DNA of 64,000 bases from Basidiobolus meristosporus CBS 931.73 (lineage: Eukaryota > Fungi > Basidiobolomycota), in NCBI GenBank assembly GCA_002104905.1, contig MCFE01000235.1, positions 57,062-121,061 on the forward strand, in the 5' to 3' direction. Below are positions 25,011 to 43,000 of this stretch, piece by piece. A program made the position numbers and the translations under genes. Under the pieces are notes generated by a model, which ran no database searches, was not told the DNA's origin, and saw only the letters and a program-made list of their open reading frames with translations. Each line of letters begins with the position of its first letter. The stretch's first letter is position 1.

Positions 25011-26893
25011 TTCAGCAGACAACAGCCTGGTCAACCTAACCTACTATATGCTGATGAAATGATTACAGACCTATTTACGAGATCACTTGGCCTGTAGGCA
25101 ATTCGAATAGCGAGAATCACCTGCAGGTTTGGTCAATGTGAATATGGAATGGACCGGGAGCGCTAAGAATCCCCTGTTTGCACCTAGATACTTCCATTAC
25201 ATAATATCACCCGTTGGAGCTAGTTGATGTTGGTTTGAGATGGGGGCACCCTACCAACCCACTGGATACCATCATCCCAAATTCCCAACCAGGCACCTGA
25301 TACCCGAATTAATGGTTGATGGGGTCGGGCCCGGATCCAAACCCGTATCTATCTATCCCCCCTTCCCCTTCCCCTCCCTCCCCCTCACCTTCCCACTATA
25401 TGTGGAGTTAAGAACTGGTCATGGTAACATCTATTGGGAGCACGCCACCAGCGACAGTGAAGATGGTAAGGGGCGTAGAATGGGAAACCAAAATCCCTGC
25501 ATTGTGTAACCCGGCTTCGGGTTTGGATCGCCCCCCCCTCTCACCCTCCCTCACATCCGAATTGCTTGAGGGTAGAGTGGGCTATGTGGCAACATTCCCA
25601 ACGACCAGCGCGTAGAAGCTCCTTTCGCCCTCCACCCCTCGGACCGGCGTTGACATGCCTTAGCCCGATAATTCTCCTGAGCCCAGGGATGGGTGGACGA
25701 TCTTCGGGGACCGAGACGCGTACGGGTACGGATACAGGTTTTGGTGACGAGTGGGGTGGTGAGTGGTGAGTGGTGAACAATGGTGAACACCACAACAAGA
25801 AAGCCGGTTCAAAAACCCGAGCCAGCCCCACCAAGGCCAAGCCGATCCATACTTGGTTTGGGGGGAGCCAGTCCCATACCGAACAAAGAACCACATGAAC
25901 CAGTTCATATTGCCCGCACACTCCCACCTTCTTGACCACCACCATCCCCTCTCCCCGAAGAATTTATCGTAGTTGTGTGTTTACGGGACGGGCGACTGGT
26001 CGTAAGGACTTCCCACCGATGACCTTACAGACCTTCGACTGAGTCCAGGGGGTTTTATTCAATAGCAATCACAATATTTATACTGGTGGCGGAGAGTGGG
26101 AGAATAGATGGGGGGGGTGACGTTGGTGGCAATGGGTGTCAATTAAATGTGTATATAGGAAAAAGGTGGCTCGTATGTGGTTTTCATTGGGTCCGGAACC
26201 CAGATCAGGCACATGGGGGTGAAGTTGCTATTTGATATATGTTAACGATACGTAACGGAAAAGAGGTTATGGTAGGGTAGGGTAAGATAGGGTGGGGTGG
26301 GGTGGGGATCTCCACTTAGCCTCCAACGTCGGAGCAAACACATTCCACCTTCGCAGTAATCTGCCACCACCTGAGATAAGGTGAAGGATCAGGGTCGGCC
26401 CGGTCAGTGGAGATACCTCGGGAGGGGGGATTTTTTCGGGCATGTATAACATATACAAGGCCGGGTTCGAGGGTAGAGAAGTCATCACCATGCCAAAAGA
26501 GCACGTTCGGCGACAGTGTATGTCTTTGGTGAGCTCGAACTCGGCCTGACGGTAAACACCAAGGGAAAGCGGTGAAAGGAATGGAGTACAGAGAACCAAA
26601 AAAAAAATTGGGATTTTTCGCTAGGAGAATAGAATAGACCGGTGTGTGTGATGGCGGGGGGACAACAAAGTAAATGACCGATGGTGGCCAAGCCGCCATG
26701 GATGTCGCGAGTTGCATTGGTGCCTGGGAGATGTAGGCTCAAAATGGATTCGGTGACGAACGATAACAAAATGACACCCGGTGGAGAAGAATTACGGTGA
26801 GGGAGAGTTGGTGGTGACGGGAAGAAACGAGCACAAGTGGGAAAACACAAAACAAAAAACTACGCGCTGATTTCGTAGGTACAAAGCAACTTT

Positions 26894-28475
26894 CTATTTT
26901 TTACATTGGATTGGTCCGGCAGCATGGTTCGGCGTGACACAGGAAACACTGAGGTTAGCGAAGGAGGTGTCCAACGAATCCTCCAGCGAATTCGAGATCC
27001 CCGAGTCAGTGTCCGAATCAAACTCCTGCCAGTCCACCTTCCAGTCAAGCTTGTTGAACGACTTTGTGCATGTCGGCTGTTGCTGCACCAAGACGGAGGA
27101 AGGGTGGTTGTATTCTATGTGCTGAGCAGTGGTTCGATTGGCCAGAGAGAAGCTCTCGGTCAATGGCTTGTCATTAGTGGTCATCGCCTTCCCGGGCACA
27201 GGAAATGGCTCCTCGACTCCCCTCAAAGACCCAGTACTGTAGAAGATCTTGGGTCGATAGCTGGGGTCCTTCTCCATGACGCTGGAATTCCGGAACTTCT
27301 CGATCAGGGCGGCTTTCCCTTGGATGTTGGCGTACGAGAGATGGCATATCTTGTCCGAGTTGAACTTGCTCCACTTCCGGCCCACCCGCTTCTCGATGAA
27401 CGAGAGGACGGCCCCGACGTCGATGAAGTTGATGAAGGCGTAACCGACGTTGCAATGGTTCTTGAAATCCATGCGCAGGTAGACGAAGTCGTATTCCCCC
27501 TTGTGGGTTTCGTCCAGGCATTCTAGAAGCATCTTCTGCGTATACCGATTGGGGATATTGCGTATCATGAATGTGGTCCGATTATCGTAGCCCTGGCTGA
27601 TCTTCCACACGTCGATCTGATTGCGTGAGGGGACGATTTTTTCTCTCGACTCGTTGCCTGCGTAATTTGGGGAAAGCTGTCTGGGGGTGATCGGGGCCGG
27701 AGCCATCTGCGATGTGGGGACTGAATCCAGGCGATTCCAGTTGGCACCGAAACCGCCGAGCTGTGGTGGAAATACGTCATGGCTGAGCTTTGCAGAATAC
27801 CCGTATCCAGGGTACTGTGGGCGCTGGGTACGAGGGTCGTGGTCGGCGTAGGACTCGTCGTTCAGCAGCCGAGCGGTAGACGCGAATATGTCCGCATCGA
27901 AGCCGTAGCTGTATTTGGGGGCGACGGCGCTCTCGTGAGAAATTGCCGAGCTTGCCGGGATATCACTCCAGTACATATCGCTCGATCTATGGCTGTGTGA
28001 AGAGACGAAGTTCCCTTTTTTGGGCCCGGGGGCAGGATTCAACTGATTGGGGAACATAAGGTCGCTATCAAACAGTTGGGAGCGCCATTCGTGACTGGAG
28101 GTCGAGGGGTTTGTCATGGCAGACCTCTGGGGCCAGCTCCCCGAAGACGCGGTGTATGTCTGAGAACCTTCGGTGCTCTGACTCGTGCCGGCAGTGTTGA
28201 AGATGTCGAAGATCGATTTGGCGGGAGTACCAGTGCTGCTGCGGTGATTTTTGCCCTTGTGCTACGGAAAAAAATTAGTCGCAGCCCAGACGAATTGGGT
28301 AGCAATGGAGAATTACCTGCACGGAGTGGTGACGATACGGCTGCTGGTGAGCCTCGTGAGCACCGAAGGAGCCATGCGGCTGCGGTGACCTGGAGGGATG
28401 ACCAGCGCTGGGGGAGTTACCGCTGGTGACCTCCTTGTTAGAGTCGCAGAAGGTGTCTGTGGCAGAAACAAGCAT
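26894..28475 (-). CDS. mei2: Mei2-like RNA-binding protein (C-terminal RRM3/RRM_2 only), 2 exons, ~508 aa
   Basis: RTTFMIRNIPNRYTQKML...YDFVYLRMDFKNHCNVGYAFINF...KWSKFNSDKICHLSYANIQGKAALIEKFRNSSVM is the Mei2 RRM3 signature. An in-frame 55-nt GT-AG intron at 28316-28262 with a GACTAAT branch links exon 28475-28317 to exon 28261-26894. The start codon is tentative. Confidence 0.88.
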
Positions 28476-31400
28476 AACAGGTGCACTATTGATGCGGCGA
28501 CGACGAGGTGGAGTGTAGGGGGAGGTAAGAGGCTTGGTGCGGTCAACAAGTGAGGGCAGGTGTGGATAAGAGCAAGTCAAAGTCACAACAAAGAGAGGGA
28601 AAGCGAGCGGGGGCGACTAAGCGAGAGAACGCAACGCGGCACGAGATTGCGCAGGAAGTGAGAATCTATTACAGGTAAAGACTGGAACTCAAAACCGGAA
28701 AGAGGGATAAGCGCACTATGGGTGGCGGATGGTGACGAGAGATTTCTGGAGCGGCAGGGATTTTATAGTGTGGACGGAAGAGGGGACGAAATTCTCAAAA
28801 AATAAGCATCTGTTGTTGGTAAGCTCTGAGCCTCAGTGTTGCGGCAAGTGACTTAATATAAATGTGAATGGCGATGAGATCCGTGAATACTGTGATCATA
28901 ATAGGCCACCATTCTATCTCTCCCTGTTGCTCATTGATCGGACAGTCTATTTTATACATCACCACCGTATTATATTGGAATATTCAGATCCATCAATAAT
29001 GCAATGGTGATTTTCTAGAGATGTGGAACGACAGGGAATGTGAATTAGAAAGGAAATGGGTGATTAGAATTGTTTGTTGGCCCGATAATGATACATTCTG
29101 TACTCTGAAAATACAAGTAAGGAGATGAGCAAAAAAAGGAAACTGAATGGGAATCCAGAACACAACACAAGCTCCATGTACTTGTTCTGTCCGGCCATTG
29201 ACACCAGCCGAATAGCATTCGGACCCACATATTTGTATGACCCTAGTAGTATAAACACCAGCTCCTACTGGATCCTGGCCCTAATCCAATATTGTAGCCT
29301 GGAGCCGTGATCTGATCCACAGCCGGTGTATCGCCTATGATCTTACCACAGCGGAATTTGGATGGTGCACACGAACAAGCGACCACCCAGAAACGAAGAT
29401 GTGACCTAGCTGAGCATCGTACCAGTTCCCATGGGAAGATCCGCCTCGCCTCGACTCGCCTCCCTGCTCTCCCCGCCCGTTGCCGCCGACTTGAAGCCGC
29501 CGTGAGACTGGGATGCGACGGAAGGGGTGGAGGAGAGGGGAAGCGACAAGCATGCCCCTGCGCCGCATTGCCCGACTCCCTGCCGGGGAGGGAGCGGTGG
29601 AACGATTTACTCAAACTAGCTTCCTCTAAGCCAGTTTGGAAGGTGCAGAGCCTGCGATGCCCTCAACAAAGATAAATCTGTGTAATTGCCCAAAAAAGGA
29701 ATCCCGAAGACCACAGTTCCAAAAGACGAATGAGATCATGGGATTTACAGTGGGCCGCATCATAAAAAGCGGGTGGATAAAACCTGTTCTCCAGATTGGG
29801 TGTCACAATGAACACAATGCATACGAAGCCTATCCAGCGGGCAGAAACAATCGCTGAGATGTTTCTTTGTTACGCTTTCAATATATCTTTTTTCGTCCCC
29901 ACCCCACTGACACTGATGGCTTCGCAGGGTGGGTTGGATGTGCGCTCCCGTGGCCGTGATCGTACAGGAGCAAATCAAGCTAGTGCGAAGGTCCTTGATT
30001 TGGCACACACGAGCTCAGTTTATTAGTCGCACCCACGCATTACATGGATGTATTTGATTCGATCGATATACCCTTGGTAGACCTCCCATTCGTAGAAACA
30101 GTAGGGGGCTTGGCTTGACAAAGCATTGGGGCTAGGGGATGGGTGAGGTGAGGGGGAGGGGATGCTGTCATTCACAGGAGCTTGGGCACGGGTGTCGTAA
30201 ACAAGCGAGGGCTAGGGGGTGAGAGCAACGGCGGACACTAGGAATTCGGAATCCCAGTACTCATGAGCCGCCTTGTTGTGCAGGCCATTGTTTTCCTCAA
30301 AGACGTATGGAGTGGTTACAGCGGTAAACACTCAGTCAGCTGAGGCATTGTACAACTTGGGCCAGTTGACAATCCGAGCAATGCATAGCGACCACACTTC
30401 CCTGCAGGGCCAGGCATCGATTTGGTGTTGGGATTTGTACACAACGGCCTACAACTGCCGCTTCTCACCCCCACTGCATGCCTCATGATGTGTAGAGAGC
30501 CAGCGGCGTTCTAGGGATATATGCCAGTTGGCGATTCACCATCAGTGATCGTATTCTTATAATGAGACCAATGGCTGCATCTGTCAAAATACTTGCGCAG
30601 ACCCATTGTCGGCATTGCTGGGGTTTAGAACAGGTTTTGAAGTCGCCCTCTCGGAGCTGTGGTTGGCGGGTGGCCAGATTATGCTTAAACTATCGCCTGA
30701 TCCATTCGGTTGCAGAATGCGGCTTGCTATAAAACCATGTAGGGGCTTGATTGACAAGAATTTCATTCAACATCTGATCAGCATATATTCATCAGCTGGT
30801 TCACGAGTGCGCTGATACACAGGAATTCATGCGGGTAGTCACAAACGGTGGCTTCTCGCCATTGTGTTTCATCCACACCATCGTAGATGTGAGTAAGGAG
30901 TTGCAACTGATGGATGCAGCCGAGCTCACATGATCCTCGAGTCATCGCAACATGTCCAAGCTCGCCACTCCCCTAGCACACCCAATAGGTGACCGGTGCG
31001 ACTGGCCCAGGCTAATCTAGCGATTTCTCAGCCAGCAAAGCCCATATTGCTCAGAGTTACGTTGCTCAAGACAAGAGGAGACCAACCACGCATGTTCAGC
31101 ATCATGCAAGCCGAAACGTTGGCTTCCCTACCGCCTCTCATGCATTCTCAGTCATGGAATTTCATTTTCCCTTCTCGTTTAGATCCAAGTCATATGTCAG
31201 CACAGGTCGGGTCTGGCCGGATTTGGAAAAGAGCGATGCTTGAAGATGAATATGGCAAAAGTAAAGATTTCACCCCTTTAAAGTTGACACCAACATATTC
31301 TCGAAATGGCCAGGGATTCCATATACGTATCCGAAACATCCACCAGAATCCCACCAACACCGCTCCATACCATGGTGAAGCCAATGTATTCTATGGCCAT

Positions 31401-33874
31401 GTGTTACATTCGTGCTAACTAAACATTGGGAATCCTGCGATGGCCCGCCACTTCCATGCCTGTTTGGCCTGATTTGTTGCTGGCGTGGGTTGCTAAGATA
31501 CCGTAGCCCACTGGCCTGAGTCGGTATGCGATTAATCGTACCCTTCTGGTGCTTTATCAGAACTCATTAGTTTCTTATATGGGCAAGATCTTACAACCAG
31601 CATGCATCGAATCGATATGGGAATCTGCAGAATACCACGTAACTGTGTGCACATCAGGCTCAGCATCCGATCTAGATGGGGCCAAGTAGGTGGAAGCCCG
31701 TAGTGTCCGCACATTCCATTCCATCCCACCAGCCTTGGGGATGCCAGGCCTCCGGTACAATAACGGGTTCCTGATCCTTGCTGCATAGGACGTGGACCAT
31801 TGTCCCAGCCAGGCTCAGACAGCCTTGTGAAGCAATTACTAATATGTCTACGTTGCTGATATGGAAGCCATCCCTTTAGATCTTTTGTACTCAGATCCGA
31901 TCCTAGCTGCTTGGCGTTAGCAAATAATGGGATTCCCGCTGGTGATTGGATGGAACTCTACCATAAGTAGCCTTCTGGTGATACCCCCCAGGTTGCTTGA
32001 AGGGGAGATCAGAAAATGGGTGATTATCACCATACGACGCAGTAAGGAAAAATTCGTCAATTCTCTGCGGAAAATCCTTGATTTGCCCCCTACCCCTACA
32101 AGATGGGTGGTGATAATGGCAATGCTGTGCCATATCACGTGACATGTCTAAATCGAAATTAAAAATTCCCTTTCCCGGCTTATCGTGGGTGTGGATTGGA
32201 GTCCCATATGGGTTGATAGCCAAATGCGTACCTGCGCTTCTGTTAGGAGCGAGGTATTCTCAATAAGGGACATTGGTAATCTACCCAAGATATATCTATT
32301 CATGATGAATAACTGCGCAATATCCAAAATCGAATGGTTGCTGCTGCTGTCCACCCTGAGAATATCTGAGAATGATCAACAAACGGAGATGGGCTTGAAC
32401 CAAAATATGGAATATATTGGGCTACTTTGGAGCCACCTCATCCGATACGAGGGTTTATGCCATTCACGAAGCAATACCATGTTGCCCCCAAAAATCCCAT
32501 CTTTTTAATGTGGCATAGTTCTATGCCCAAATCTGACTGACTATAATAGTCACTTTCAGTCATCCTTGAAAGTCGGCCATCAAATGACCAGGTGCATTCT
32601 GCTGGTAAATTTAGGCTTGAGATCCAGCCCATAACCATGCCACCTCAACCCATCTTCCTGCGCCTAATTCCACTCAATGATAGTGCGTTGTATTTCTGTT
32701 CTGTTTTGATCCACTCTGCGGCCTCAGGTGTGAAGCGGATCTGTACCCAGAGTAACTGATGTGGGCGATGATTATTAGATAGATATACCATGTCCACTTT
32801 GTACTCCTAATAAAGACACGGCTCTCAGCCTTGGTTGCGCCTACTCTTGCTTGGCTTTGCTTCCTATTAATTGTGGTCAGATGAGTATCTATATTGCGGA
32901 ACGAACGCACTCCTTACTACTATACTTTGATCCAGATTTCGTTTACAATATTCTGCTAGTTTTCTGGTAAAGACTACACCCCAGTGATGTTGTGGAATGT
33001 GTTCGTAAATAATTGACCATAAAACTTGGGTGGTAAGCGCCTTCGTTGTAGACAGACCACTCGCTCTGATATATCTGAATATCTATTCAAAAATGACATC
33101 GCAATCTACCAAGCACTTCGCCATCTATACAGACTCTGCTCTTAAGTGCAGTAATACGAAGAGATTGTGGTTCTTGTCAATGCCGATCTGTGACCTGAGA
33201 TACAGCAGCAGGGGACACTTGCCCAATGGGTTGGTTACTTTTTCCTGTACCGGGGACTAAAGCTCATCTTTGGTGCCTCTGGAATTTTGGACCGTGGGGG
33301 TCTAGTGGAAACCGTCTCCAATGTCCGCTCAAACCTCCAATCCAAAGTGCTTTTGGGGGGTGGGATTGGGTGTAGGTACTGAGTGAGCACATAGACATTG
33401 GCCTAAAATAACCAAATTTACAGAGAATGAAAAGATTTCGAATATAAAAAACCCGACGAGACGAGATGATGGTGTGGAGAAAATATGCGGAATCCAAAGA
33501 TTCCTTCATGGTGTGTGGCCCTAAAATAAGCCAGATCTCCCTCGGATAGTTTAGATGGATTTTTTTGGATACCCTGATGATAGCAACAACCTTGCATCAC
33601 TGATTCTATCAAAATCATGAATCGATCCATTCATCCGAATAAAAACAAGATTTCTTGACTTTTTGTAATCGACAAAGTTCGCGACTTTTTGAACCTTACT
33701 GTGCGTGTATTCCTACTGCGCGTATCCACCTTTTCCATTCGAGTTTTCCCCCAACCACACCTTTCGTTTGTTAAACAGGCTACAGCGGTAGAGGTTATTT
33801 GGTCCATCACCTTTGACTTGTTTTCTCGATCCAGCGAGTGAAAGGTTTTGTATATTTTGACGCAATCCAAACCC

Positions 33875-39603
<5,729 letters not shown>

Positions 39604-40009
39604 GGGGCGAAATCTTCTCGACCTCACGATGGGGAGATTTTCGAATTCTCAGCCGGCCCTATCGCTCTCTCGCCCGCCTAAGCCTGCCTCAACCTTTTGT
39701 ATTTATACGCTTACCAGAATCAATCTCTTTCCTTTCATTTTGTATGTACAAATACCATCCTATCCTCATGCAGTAGGATGTTTGCCACCACTCGAAACCC
39801 CGTCTCCTTCCCCTTCCACAACGGGTGAGGTCCAGCGTGACTGCACTTGCTTCTACCCTCCACTTCAACATTCCCATTCGGAACATTTTATTTTGCGTTT
39901 ATAACATGTATCTACGGGGTCCTCCCCTTCCCCCCTCCCTTCCAGGATTTCCGTGCACAAGGTGAAAAATAAAGAATGAAAAGCTGACCAGCTCCACGGA
40001 TGGTGTTCG

Positions 40010-43000
40010 TCAGGGGGAATGGGTGCTCAGCAGCCGGGAGGCCACGACATGGGCAGGATGGTATAGGAACCGGCGCTGGCCAAAGTTGCTGATGAGTCGT
40101 GGAATGTGGCGGGTGTACGGGAGAAGCAAAGGCTTGTCGACGGCCGGTATACGTGCTATGGCGTGCAGTTGGTTGGGTGAGTGGGTGAGGTGCGTGCCGC
40201 GTGGGTGGTATAGAGCGAGCAACTTACCCAAGAGATTTCCATTGTGGGTGAAGAAGATCGATTTCTCCTCGGTCGAGTAGCCGCAGCCCAGGCAATCTCC
40301 ATGGGCTATGGGGCTGGTGAGGTTCAGTTTCTCCACGAACAGGTAATCTTCTCCGGCGTGGGTGGGGGTGCCTCCCGGAAGGATTGTACGGAAGTATATC
40401 TCGTCTACATACGGGTGATTGACCGTGGCGGTATAGCATCCGCGAGGATCAACGATCAGCATGAAGATGGTGTGGTCTCGGTCCATCATGCCAATCTGCG
40501 GAGAGCTAGTCAAGCGGGTTAGTTATGGGTGGACGTGTGCGGTTAGGCAGTCGCTTACATTCCGTCGATCAATCCCTCAAGTCCGAGGTGAACCTCAAAG
40601 TAAAACGCGTCCACGAAATCCGGCCTAGGCAAGTCAGCAGGCGGGTCGATCCCACTTAATCTTAGGGTGTGGGAGGACGGAGCAGTCGACTCAGTGTCCG
40701 AGAAGGTTAGCTCCAGGCTCTCGGATAGGGTGTCGACCATGCTGTGGGATCCTAGTATGTCCAAGATGTAGTCATCCTCCTCCTCGGCTTCGTGGTCTCT
40801 CGCATCCGTTTCTACTACGACATTTATGCCGGTCCCGTTTTGTTTCTCCTCGCCTACGTTCTGAACATGGTGACTCTCGGATGCTGGTTTATCGGCAATT
40901 CTCGATGGTAGGCTGGGATTGCGCTCCTTAGGCACACACCCAACCTCAAGGTGATCACCTATGGCCTCGCGCTCTGTCAGAGTGGATGTTGCAGGCTGGG
41001 GTTGAGCTGATGGGGAGATGTCTTCGGATAAACTCATGAAGTCTGGCTCTTCAGTAAAGTACGATGAAGAGAACATCGACTGCTCCAAGTCGGATGGGGT
41101 TGTGTCCGATGGGGTATCTCCTAAACCGAACATCAACGTTCTACTCTTGCTGGAGGCTGAAGCAATCCCGAATGAACCTAAACTGGAGCTGGTGGATACC
41201 TCGGAACGACCGGTGCCTAGGGTATCTACATCAAACTGGTTGTGCTCCAAGGTGAAGGCGATGGGCTGGTATCGTCTGGGTAAGTGCTGCAAAGGGTCCA
41301 ATTTCCCCCCAAAGTAAGCTCTACAGCCCTGACCTGCCGCTAAAGATATGGCCGGATACCATGTCGTAGCGGCAGGCAGGTTCTGGAACGCGATCCCAAG
41401 ATATATGCCATTCCGGTAATATTCGATGGTTCCATCATCTAGATCAATACAGGATGTGATGATGTCGCTTCTGCCCCACTTATCGCCGTATTGGTTGTTC
41501 GCCGGAGATGGTCCGTGCCATTTCCTGCATCGCTGCCCGTCGTAGGAGTAAGAATGCCCGTCATCCCCAACACCAGAGCCTCCTTCAGGGTTAAATTGGC
41601 ATAGGCCTGATGCCCATCCGACCTGGATCAAACCGTCAGTGTTCAGCCTAATCTCGTATGCGTATTTTCCATTTCCTTGGACTCCTCCAACGGCCCTAAC
41701 GCTCCCAAACGTCCACAAGTCATTTCGAACCTCCAGATTATCTCTACACAAAGTCAGATGCTTGGTTTTATCGGCTTGACTCCATTCGAAATAACGCGTC
41801 TTGTCAGCTGACTCACAGTCATCCCAAGGGAAGCTCGACGAATGGTTCAGTAGCAACAGGGTGTAAAAAAGCACAGATGGCGTCCGGGCCGAGGGTGTGA
41901 AAAGGTTAGCCCAGATTTTCAGCAGGATCTCTGGAGAGTCCAAGGATTTCTGGATGTGGCTACGGGTTAGGATTGTTGAAATGGCAACAACGGAGTTTTC
42001 CAGGACAGGCTCACAGAACTCATGAGTCAACATGGTGAGCTGCAAAACTCCCTTCTCAATCAGCTGGCTCCTGAGGGTATCGTATCTGGACAGGGCGGCC
42101 AGGAGATCTAGCGAGTGGCTGCATAGAGAAATCCTCGTGTCCTGAAGATTGGCATCTATGTCGGTGGCACTGATCCCATCATCGAGGCGAATGCCGATAG
42201 AGGACTCCGTCGTCGGGCCATAATTGAGGCGAGCAGATGGGAGTCCTGGGGATACTCTATTTTCTGAAGGTTGTGATCGGTAGAGATCACGAGCCACACG
42301 GGCAAGTGTAGCAGGAGATTGGACTTCCTCAGGCTTCACTATGCCATCACTGACCAAAAGTAGTGATACCATATTCATCAAAATGTGTGGTAGCTTTGTA
42401 AATGTGCCTCCATTAGGTGTCCCGCTACTTGGATCCTGGTCCTCGATTAGGATGCCCTCAAATGCTCTCTCATAATCGACCAAAATACGCAGTGCTCGTG
42501 CGAAATTACCAAAGCGCTCACGCAGTAGAGCCGGCAGGAGCATCGTTCCGGAGTCAATATCCACGTTACTCTGCAGGCTAGCTGAGGGTGCTCTTTGAAG
42601 CCTTAATAGGCCTTCAGGCTCAAGTTCAGCGGGGCCCAAGCTCTCTAATCCGAGGCTCGCACTTATTTCTTGTCCCAGCTCAACTATCCTGTGCACCAGT
42701 GGCTTTACGGCCATCGTCAGAAGTCTTTGGTAAAAGGTTGGCTCTATAGGGGAGTCAGTCAACTGGAGTGAGAATACGTGTGTGAAGCATACCATGGTTG
42801 GCCAAGATAACGAAGGTTTTAGCGCAGGTTCTTTGAAGCTTCCCCCGATCTCCATCTAGTATATGTAGCATGAGTTCATCGATACATGGAGACTGCAGAA
42901 TTCTCTGGGCCATCGTATCTTCAAAGTGTTAGCGAGCTTCCCTAGTGCGGCTCAACTAGATGAGGGCTTACTTGATGTGGAGGCTATGCTGAAGAGTATC

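Noticed and set aside
26455-26480. GGTTCGA as a tRNA T-loop
   Set aside because: No T-stem, acceptor stem or cloverleaf; no tRNA or rRNA gene was found anywhere in the window.
28761-28767. TATAAAA upstream of the mei2-like gene (minus) and at 33443 upstream of snf2
   Set aside because: Plausible TATA boxes, but unsupported without transcription start data.
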